NCBI GenBank assembly: GCA_036480195.1
Contig: JAZGGE010000302.1
Coordinates: 1 to 47,252 of the forward strand
Reading direction: 5' to 3'
Length of the DNA stretch: 47,252 nt
Source: Methylococcales bacterium
GTDB lineage: Bacteria; Pseudomonadota; Gammaproteobacteria; Methylococcales; JAZGGE01
Part shown: one piece after another, positions 16,779 to 25,100 of the stretch
How positions within the stretch are numbered: position 1 is the first letter of the stretch
Layout of the letters: each line of letters opens with the position of its first letter
Notes under the pieces: model-generated
The model's input: only the letters and a program-made list of their open reading frames with translations
Database searches by the model: none
Told to the model about the DNA's origin: nothing
Program-made: the position numbers and the translations under genes

Positions 16779-17345
16779 TTAGTTATTCATTACTCCGCAG
16801 TTCCCTTCAGTACCTTTCATGTCCATGCTACCACCGGCTTTCGAATTGTTTTTATCCATACCGCCAGCCATATCCATTCCTTTCCCACCTTGCTGATTTT
16901 TTCCATTGCCTTTATTGCCCTGTTTCATATCTCCATTCATGTTGTCCATACTCTTCATGCCATCCATACTTCCCATATCCTTCTTATCCATCATACCCTT
17001 CATCTTTTTCATTTTTTTCATCATTCCTCCGCATTGACCATCCATTTTCTTCATCATCCCGCCATCCATTTTCATACCACCGGATTTGCCTTCCATGTCT
17101 GATTTCTGTGTAGTAATGCGGTTGTTTACAGATCGTTGAACATGTTTCGCCCGTTTCGGCTTTTCACTATTAGTTTCTTCACTATTCGACATTCCTGCTT
17201 GAGAAACGGTCATGTATCCTCGGTCGAGATCACTAATTGCAAATGGATTTTTAGTTGCATCGGCTATCGCTGTGCCACTTAATGTTGAGACGATGGCGAT
17301 GCCGAGAGAAGTAGTTAACGATTTCTTATGGAATTTTGATTTCAT
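16779..17345 (-). CDS. Sec-exported, Met/Gly/Lys/Asp-rich protein with two [DE]-G-x-C-G motifs; candidate MNIO substrate (HvfA-like RiPP metallophore precursor)
   Basis: Signal peptide MKSKFHKK-SLTTSLGIAIVSTLSGTAIA/DA, followed by KNPFAISDLDRGYM. The last 107 residues contain 24 Met by my count, with no His and no aromatic residues. There are only two Cys: DGQCGG (codon 17031-17033) and EGNCGV (codon 16797-16799, 5 residues from the C-terminus). An AGAGG RBS is present. It is the first gene of the operon with DUF692 and DUF2063. Confidence 0.75.
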   Translation of the reverse strand: MKSKFHKKSLTTSLGIAIVSTLSGTAIADATKNPFAISDLDRGYMTVSQAGMSNSEETNSEKPKRAKHVQRSVNNRITTQKSDMEGKSGGMKMDGGMMKKMDGQCGGMMKKMKKMKGMMDKKDMGSMDGMKSMDNMNGDMKQGNKGNGKNQQGGKGMDMAGGMDKNNSKAGGSMDMKGTEGNCGVMNN

Positions 17346-18195
17346 TGTGTTATGCCTCTAGCAGGTTGTGTTGACCAAGGAATTTAAGAAGTTGTCTGCG
17401 AACAGAAAGTCTTCTGGTTGATTCGCTCTTTTTATGTGAAAGGTCTCCGTTCCATGTTGAGCTGGCGGTAGCACATCCCCGGATAATATGCACTGTTCCT
17501 TCAATATTAGGTTTCAATTATATTGCTTACGACGATGCTTTACCATCCTAAACTGATTTTTCTCTGGTTTTGATAGGATTATTTATCAAAAAATTGCTGA
17601 AAAGTTTGTGGTTTCTGGGAATGCGTCGCCGTTAAATCAATCACCTACCCTGTTGTCATGCCTTGAAGACGTACAAATTCTTGTGAGATCTGGGTGGAGT
17701 ATTTATTGTGAATCACCTAAAGCCGCTTTACCAATGGTTTTCCTACGTTGGATAGGCGTTAGGTAACTGGCATAAACCAGAATCGATGGGTTGATTGTCG
17801 ATATTGTCCAATCGTATTCAAACTTATCGCTCCACAATCTATTTTTTATTTTTATACCATACGTGGGAAGACGCTTCCAAAAATATATTGATTTTTACAC
17901 AAATAAAGTGAGTAAAATTAACTCAAGGATATGTTTCAGTATCAATAAAATATGTATATTCGCTAAGGATTCTGCGGATCACGTATTTCATTAAAAATGG
18001 ATAGATTGTTAATGGTAATATCATTTCTAATTATCTATAACTTTATGAAAAATATGTTAGTCATACACCTGAGTGGTTACTTGTAAGGTGTCCAGGAGCT
18101 TGCAATGGCGAATATTGCATTAAAAAAAACTTGGTGAATTCGACTAATGATCGGTTTCGTCTATTCCAATATATAATCAGTTAGGAGGTATGGCC

Positions 18196-19149
18196 ATGAA
18201 AAGTCTACTCTATGGTGTTTGTTTATTTTTTTTAACTATTTTTAATCCGGTAACGGCTAAACCGTTCAGCGATATTGTCGTATTCGGAGGTCCTTTAGAA
18301 GATACTGGGAATTTTGCTTCAGTATTCGGAGAGTTGCCACCGCCTTTCTTTAAAAATCGGTTGAGTAATGGTCCACTGGCGGTGGAGATTTTTGCAGCAA
18401 GACTAGGTCTCGAACTCAAGCCTTCACTCCATCGAGTTGGTCCAGTGGTTGGTAATAATTTTTCCTCTTCGGATGCGTTAGCCTTCGGTAACGATCCTAA
18501 AGATTTACCCGGTCAAGTTAATGCCTATTTAGCGTCACGTAATGAAGAAGCGGATCCCGATGCACTTTATTATATAATTATTGGGGGTAACGAAGTCGTT
18601 GAAGCGGCTTTTGATACGGACGATTTTACTGCGCGACAAAAAGTAGTCGATACTGTTCGTGCTAAGGAAAAAGCCATCAAGCTCCTTGTTGCGAAGGGCG
18701 CCAAGACAATCCTTGTCTCAAATCTAATTAATTTCGGTATTACTCCCGCGCTTCGCGCAGCAAATTTATCGGATCGCGGAGCTAAATTATCTCGGATTCA
18801 CAACCGTCTATCCGAAGCGATGCTTTCTCGCGTTGAACGAAGATTGGATTTCGAATTGATCCGATATGATTGGGGTGAATTTACCAACGGGGCTATAAAT
18901 AACGCCGATATTTTAGGTTTTAGCAATATTTCCGATTCTTGCCTCGATTTACTCTCTACTGGCGAGTGTAATTTCAGTAGTTTTTTATTTTTCAATGAGT
19001 TTTTTCCTACTGCTAACGTCCACGAACTGATAGCTGACGACATGTTGTCGATCCTGATTCGTTCCCGTCGCCATTGTGAGGGAGAGTCCGTTAACAGAAG
19101 AACGTGTCGCCATCTACGTAGGATTATTTCTAGGATTTACCGGAAATAA
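18196..19149 (+). CDS. Secreted SGNH/GDSL-hydrolase homologue lacking the catalytic triad (probable pseudoenzyme)
   Basis: Signal peptide MKSLLYGVCLFFLTIFNPVTA/KP. Block I reads VVFGGPLEDTGN rather than the usual FGDSLSDTGN, so Ser becomes Pro. Block II is SNGPLAVE and block III is IIGGNEV. Block V reads FFNEFFPTANVHELIA rather than the usual FwDxvHPT, so Asp becomes Asn and His becomes Phe. ATG 18196 is 7 nt after AGGAGG. Confidence 0.75.
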   Translation: MKSLLYGVCLFFLTIFNPVTAKPFSDIVVFGGPLEDTGNFASVFGELPPPFFKNRLSNGPLAVEIFAARLGLELKPSLHRVGPVVGNNFSSSDALAFGNDPKDLPGQVNAYLASRNEEADPDALYYIIIGGNEVVEAAFDTDDFTARQKVVDTVRAKEKAIKLLVAKGAKTILVSNLINFGITPALRAANLSDRGAKLSRIHNRLSEAMLSRVERRLDFELIRYDWGEFTNGAINNADILGFSNISDSCLDLLSTGECNFSSFLFFNEFFPTANVHELIADDMLSILIRSRRHCEGESVNRRTCRHLRRIISRIYRK

Positions 19150-19235
19150 ATTTGAGATGAAAAGCCTGATATGGATTCAGTCGAGAACCAGCGTGAGGTT
19201 GGGTTAGGGTGGTTCGCATCTCGCGGATATTTCAG

Positions 19236-19278
19236 GATATCGGTCGAGTGTGGGTGCACCGTAACCCGATATCTTTTT
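19236..19278 (+). terminator. Possible intrinsic terminator after the SGNH-like gene
   Basis: Stem GATATCGG (19236-19243) pairs with CCGATATC (19266-19273) and is followed by TTTTT. The loop is long (~22 nt), so this is a weak call. Confidence 0.3.
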
Positions 19279-19436
19279 CATCCATATTTTTCTATTTATC
19301 CTAGAAAAAGCAGTTGAGCGCAGAGCTATAGTGCAAGGTATTGGTTTCATGGTGCTTGAAACCGGGATCTGTGAGCAACTGCATTTTCTAGGGTTATCCA
19401 TGAGGCTAGGCGTTCTGAACTTACGATGCGTCAAAA

Positions 19437-21653
19437 CTAAGTTGTCGGAGCATGACTGTATTTCTCCTCGAAATAGGCTCGCATCGCACTAAATAGGAAT
19501 TGATAGTATTGGGAACGGGAAATCTTTCTCGTATTTCGAATTTCCTTGAGTGCTTTTCTGACACATTGTAGATATTTCCATGATCGCTCCCACTCAACAT
19601 CATAGCTACAGGGGATTTCGGGGAAAACAATATGTTCTGAAGCGCGGACATTGTATAAACGGTTGCGGGTACCCCCCGGCCATAATACTTCAATGGTTCC
19701 ATGTGATGTGGACCCCATTCCGAAAATCAGGTCCAAGCTATGTTGTGATGCATGACTAGAGCCGGAAACAACGGGTTGCATTACAGAATTACCGTTTCTC
19801 GGAGTGAATTTTACAACAGCCCCAATACCATCACGATTCGAAACTCCGTTTGTCGTTAGTCCCTTGGTGCCCAATAGCGATACCCGAGTCCAATGGTTCA
19901 TATTATCCCCACTGTTAATTTCTACAGAAACGGAACCATTCGAAAAAGCGATTCCTGGAGTCGGTGATAGGACATTAGGAACGTCCGTCGGTGACCATGA
20001 GGGTACGATAAAGGCTGTTGGATCAAAAATATCTGAACCTGCTGGTGGAGCCAGAATCAAGGGATTAGGTTCTGGTGTATCAAAATTTGAAACACTCACG
20101 ATATCAAGAAAACCATCATTATTCAGATCCCCTGTCGCAACACCCAGTACGTTTCTTCGGCTGTGATTTGTTGTACTTGCAACATCTGTATCTTTTTTAA
20201 AGGATGCGCTGCAATCCTGATTTTGGAGTACGACTCCTGGGTTCGAGGCGTCTACGAATACCGCGAGGTTAAGACCGCCATGGAAAACAATATCAGAATC
20301 TCCATCGTTATCGTAGTCAAAGATGGAATTACCCCAACCGAATGGCGTTGCACCCAATGAACCAACCCCGAAATCGCTAAACGTTCCATCGCTATTGCCA
20401 AGAAGCCAGCGGGAGCTTTCATCCCCTACGACGTAGGGCAAGCTAGCGGTCGGGTTTAAATAGTCGCCCAAATTTGTAGCAAAGATGTCTAGCTGGCCAT
20501 CACAGTTTAAATCGGCAAAGGAAAGTCCCATCCACGCGCCGTGCTTAAATAAACCTGATTCTCGAGTGACATCCTCGAAATCACCTAATCCATCGTTTTC
20601 AAAAATGCGGATAAATCCTCTGTCTACACCGTTGTGCTTTGCTGCGGGGATACCTCCCTGATCGTCCGCGGTCACAATGTCGATATCACCGTCCATATCG
20701 ATATCAACCATCGCGATACCCCAGCTGAGTCCCGCGGCATCTGGCGGCGCACCGGATTCCACTGGATAGTCAAGCTGCTGGATACCCGATGTGAAGCTGT
20801 TATCGGAGAAAAGATTATCACCTTGGTTAATAAAAAGCTGATTGTGTTCGTTGAAATCGTACGGATGAGTATAAATCGCAAAACTGTGTGTCCAATCATA
20901 GCTATTAGCGATGGTGATATCCAACAATCCATCACCGTTCACATCGCCCATGGAACAGGATGCAGAACCAAAATATCCAGCCTCAACGGAGGCTTTCTCG
21001 GTGATATCAATAAATTGACCATTACCCTGGTTTTCAAATAGTTTATTCGGTTCGCTTCTCCCCATTACGTAAAGGTCGTAATCCCCATCATTATCGGTAT
21101 CACCGTAGCATACACCGGTACTATCCTGATTTTTTGCAGAAACACCTGCCATAACGGCGACATCTTCAAATATGAGTTCTCCGGTTTCATTAAGCAAATT
21201 TTTGAAGAGACTGTTCTCGGTATCTGGTCCATTCGTTACGTAAATATCCTGATCTCCGTCCCGATCGTAATCGAGAATAGCCACTCCTGGACCGCCGTTG
21301 GGTTTTGATGGGGACGATCCGAGGTCGTCAGGAAGTACAAATACTCCTTGCTCTATTTTAGCTTCGACAGCTGAGGTAAGTGCCGGCGTCGGACTACGCT
21401 CAAATACAATGCCGGAGTCAGTTTCTGAGGCGATATCGTTAAAAATAACACCACCTTCAGCCATTACAGCCGAACAGTTTAAAGTCATTGTTAAGAAAGC
21501 GATTAATAGGAGAAAGGTAGTTGAATGTAGATAAAAAAACCAGGTTTCTATATTTGAATGGCAGTCGAGCATCAGATTCTTTTTAAATGTTGGGGTTGAT
21601 TTTAGTGGTATTGCCTGTGAAGCTAACTTATTAACTAGTATCTTACTTTTCAT
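19437..21653 (-). CDS. CRTAC1-family FG-GAP/VCBS-repeat protein with C-terminal ASPIC/UnbV domain
   Basis: Repeated Ca-binding-type DxDxDGxxD motifs (DYDRDGDQDIYV, DTDNDGDYDLYV, DVNGDGLLDI, DIDMDGDIDIV, DLNCDGQLDIF, DYDNDGDSDIVF, DLNNDGFLDIV). The UnbV_ASPIC signature is RDGIGAVVKF...SGSSHASQHSLDLIFGMG...IEVLWPGG. It has an N-terminal hydrophobic signal or anchor. The start is uncertain (21653 or 21572). Confidence 0.85.
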   Translation of the reverse strand: MKSKILVNKLASQAIPLKSTPTFKKNLMLDCHSNIETWFFYLHSTTFLLLIAFLTMTLNCSAVMAEGGVIFNDIASETDSGIVFERSPTPALTSAVEAKIEQGVFVLPDDLGSSPSKPNGGPGVAILDYDRDGDQDIYVTNGPDTENSLFKNLLNETGELIFEDVAVMAGVSAKNQDSTGVCYGDTDNDGDYDLYVMGRSEPNKLFENQGNGQFIDITEKASVEAGYFGSASCSMGDVNGDGLLDITIANSYDWTHSFAIYTHPYDFNEHNQLFINQGDNLFSDNSFTSGIQQLDYPVESGAPPDAAGLSWGIAMVDIDMDGDIDIVTADDQGGIPAAKHNGVDRGFIRIFENDGLGDFEDVTRESGLFKHGAWMGLSFADLNCDGQLDIFATNLGDYLNPTASLPYVVGDESSRWLLGNSDGTFSDFGVGSLGATPFGWGNSIFDYDNDGDSDIVFHGGLNLAVFVDASNPGVVLQNQDCSASFKKDTDVASTTNHSRRNVLGVATGDLNNDGFLDIVSVSNFDTPEPNPLILAPPAGSDIFDPTAFIVPSWSPTDVPNVLSPTPGIAFSNGSVSVEINSGDNMNHWTRVSLLGTKGLTTNGVSNRDGIGAVVKFTPRNGNSVMQPVVSGSSHASQHSLDLIFGMGSTSHGTIEVLWPGGTRNRLYNVRASEHIVFPEIPCSYDVEWERSWKYLQCVRKALKEIRNTRKISRSQYYQFLFSAMRAYFEEKYSHAPTT

Positions 21654-22162
21654 TTTTAGATTCCTATTTAATTGAATAAAATTCAGGTGAGGATGGAAAG
21701 ACAGCGATATACACTAGGTGCCTTACACCGTATGTCTTATTCTATTGTTGTGATTGGGGTAGGTAAAAAATAACTCTTAAACCGTAGTCAACAGTAATGA
21801 AGTCACATTAGAAATTCTGTTAAATTGTTAATAGTTTTTCAGTGTAATAATTCACAGATCGAACTTAATAGAATGGCGTAATATTTATCCTGAATTATGA
21901 TATATAAACTTTATTTGTATTACGATTCGGGGTCGAGTTGTAATTTATGAGAAGATGCCCTCGTGTTTTATAGAGGTGATTATATATAGAACATGATTTT
22001 TTTAATATTAATTTCAATATATGTGAAAAAATACATAGATAAATAGCAAAACCATTAAATATTATATTTGAGAAATTTGTGATTTGTCATAACGCTAGCT
22101 TTTACAGAAAGATATTATCGATACTGTGATTCATTTAAACTTAATAACTGAAGGATAAAATA
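21654..22162. promoter_or_regulatory. AT-rich 509-bp divergent control region between the CRTAC1-like gene and the PKS
   Basis: It contains no ORF. There are long A/T runs (e.g. 21960-22110: ATATATAGAACATGATTTTTTTAATATTAATTTCAATATATGTGAAAAAATACATAGATAAATAGCAAAACCATTAAATATTATATTTGAG). AAGGA lies 7 nt before the PKS ATG. I could not pinpoint specific -35/-10 elements. Confidence 0.4.
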
Positions 22163-25100
22163 ATGGAATCTAGTAAATCACCCAATGAGATGGCATCCTC
22201 AAAAAAACATTTCAGTGATGAACCCATTGCTATCACTGGAATGGGATGTAGATTTCCCGGAGGCGCAGAATCACCGGAAGCATTCTGGAATCTTATTAGT
22301 CAGGGTAAGGATGGCATCGTTGATGTTCCGCGAGATCGGTGGGATGTTGATCGGTACTATGATCCAGATCCCAACAAACTGGGAAAGATGTACGTGAAAT
22401 CAGGTGGCTTTCTTGATCAGAGAATCGACCAATTCGATGCCCTGTTTTTTGGTGTATCTCCGAGAGAAGCTGCTTGCATGGATCCTCAGCAGAGAGTGTT
22501 GCTCGAAGTGGCTTGGGAAGCGATGGAAAATGCCGGGATAAATCCTGAGAGATTGCGAGGTAGCGAAACCGGTGTATTTATAGGTGGGTTTATGCTCGAC
22601 AATAACCTCACCCAAATGAATGTACTGAATAGGGATATGATCGGCCCGCATTCCGCGCTAGGGTCGACGATGACTATTCTTTCAAATCGTTTGTCATATG
22701 TATTCGATTTTCGCGGCCCGAGTGTGTCAATGGATACAGCGTGTTCTTCGTCTTTAGTTGCTCTACACTACGGATGTCAGGGTTTGTTAAATGGGGATTG
22801 TTCGGTAGCGTTGGTTGGTGGTGTCAATATTATGCATCGGCCTGAAAACCCAATTGCAATGTGCAAAGGACAGTTCTTATCTCCTGATGGTCGCTGTAAA
22901 AGCTTTGATTCAAGGGCTGATGGATACGGTCGTGGCGAAGGCGCGGGTATCGTTATCCTAAAAACGCGATCGGCCGCAATTCGTGATGGCGATGAAATTC
23001 ATGCGATTATTCGTGGAACAGGAGTCAATCAGGATGGCCACAGCGATGGAATCACTGTTCCCAATCCTGAATCACAACAAGAACTGATGCGTAAGGTATT
23101 TTCAGAAGCTAAAGTCGATCCCCGGCAGATTTGCTACATGGAGGCGCACGGAACCGGTACTCCGGTGGGCGACCCTTTGGAAGCCGGGTCTCTTGGGGCC
23201 GTGTTGGGGAAGGATCGCGGCTCAGAAAATCCCTGTGCGGTAGGATCTGTCAAAGCTAATATCGGTCACTTGGAAGCGGCTTCAGGAATCGCCGGGGTAA
23301 TTAAACTGGTGCTCTCTCTGCAACATAAACAGATACCACCGTTGGCAAACTTAAAAATGCCCAATCCGAATATTCCATTTGAAGAACTAGGGCTTAGACT
23401 TCCTATGTCACTCGAGTCAATGCCCTCAGGCAGTGAACCTGCTCTGGTTGCCATTAATTCATTTGGGTATGGTGGAACCAACGCTCACGCCATTCTTCAA
23501 GAAAACACAATTGAAAAGACGGAAATCTCGGAATCTCAAGAATTAACAGACGCAGATCCTTATCTGTTGCCACTCTCTGCAAAGAGCGAATCGGCAATGA
23601 AGGAACTTGCCAGTCGCTATTTGGAGAAAATAGACGCTGTCGATAGTCCTTCGTTGAGAGATTTGTGTTATTCCTCAAGTGTACATCGCGGGCATTACGA
23701 TTATCGATTAGGTGTGATCGCAAATACGATGGACGAAGTCAGAGACCAACTAAAAGACTTTGTCGATGGAATCGATAATGGGTCGCCGTCATTGGCGAAA
23801 GCGTTACCGGAGTCTACTAACAAGCCGGTATTTGTTTTTACTGGAATGGGGCCGCAATGGTGGGCTATGGGAAGGGAATTGCTAGACATTTACCCAGTTT
23901 TTCGGTCTGAAGTCGAACGTTGTGACAAGATTTTTACCAACCTGGCGGGGTGGTCGATTTTGCAAGCGATGTTAGCGGACAAGGAACTCTCAAATATTGC
24001 GGATACCGTTGTTGCACAACCGGCAAATTTTGTTTTACAAGTGGGATTAATAGCGCTGTGGCGATCTTTTGGTGTGGAACCGGCTGCAGTTATCGGTCAC
24101 AGCGTAGGTGAAGTAGCTTCTGCTTATATAGCGGGCGTTTTGAGTCTCGAAGATGCGATTAAGGTTAGTTATCATCGCAGTCGCGTTCAAAAGAAAGCAG
24201 CCGGGCTTGGAGGAATGCTAGCTGTCGGCCTTACAAAAAAAGAAGCTGACAAAATACTTGAAGATTACTACGGAAAAGTCTCTATCGCAGCGATTAATAG
24301 CCAATCAGCATTGACGTTGGCTGGGGATCAGCCTTCACTATCAAAAATTGCAGAAGCTTTGGAAGTGGACGGCGTTTTTAATCGATTATTGAAAGTTGAG
24401 GTTCCCTATCATAGTCCGTTAATGGAGCCGTTGAAGGACGAAATAAGATCGAGTCTTAGTGGACTAGAGACACGAGAGCCGAGTATACCGTTGTATTCCA
24501 CGGTAACTGGAAGGCTGATCGAGACGGCTAGTTATGATGCAGACTATTGGTGTCAAAATATTCGAGAGCCCGTCTTTTTTTCTGACACGATAAACACGAT
24601 GATAGAAGCAGGTTATCGACTTTTTGTTGAAGTGGGTCCTCATCCGGTATTGTCGACATCGATCAAAGAATGTCTGATGGGCCGAGGGAGTCAGGGAGTC
24701 GTTTTAACGTCGCTGCATTGTGAGAAACAAGAACAGAGCACCTTAATGCAGGCGTTAGCGAATCTGTATGCTGCTGGCTATTCACCGGATTGGAAACGCC
24801 TCTATCCAGACGGTGGAAATTTCATCTCCCTTCCCAACTATCCTTGGCAACGTGAAAGTTATTGGAATGAAACCGAAAAGGCATTGTTAGATCGCATCGG
24901 ATTGGAGCGGGTGAGTTTCTTGGGGGATAGTGTAAGATCGCCAAATCCTTGCTGGGAGAATACTCTTAACACCAGTACGTTACCATTCTTGGACGACCAC
25001 TATGTCGATGAATTACGGGTGTTACCGGGCGCTGCGTACGTTGAAGCCGGGTTGATGATACATGAAAATACAATCAACGATTCGGTTCCCGTACTGGAAA

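Noticed and set aside
16773-17113. Two overlapping plus-strand ORFs (109 and 112 aa) encoding His-rich and Ser/Pro/Tyr-rich proteins
   Set aside because: They are antisense shadows of the Met-rich precursor gene: runs of ATG codons read as CAT (His) on the other strand. They have no RBS, start at non-canonical positions and are entirely contained in a better-supported gene.
15177-17345. Possibility that DUF692 plus DUF2063 marks a methanobactin (mbnABC) operon
   Set aside because: The upstream ORF is a 188-aa Sec-signal protein, not a ~25-30 aa MbnA leader-core peptide. No mbnT (TonB receptor), mbnM, mbnN or mbnPH-like genes flank it. An HvfA-like or other MNIO substrate class fits better.
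17791-17994. 67-aa ORF in the long intergenic region
   Set aside because: It is AT-rich and low complexity (Ile/Phe/Asn/Lys), has a TTG start without an RBS, and has no recognisable domain. This is most likely a chance ORF in AT-rich DNA.
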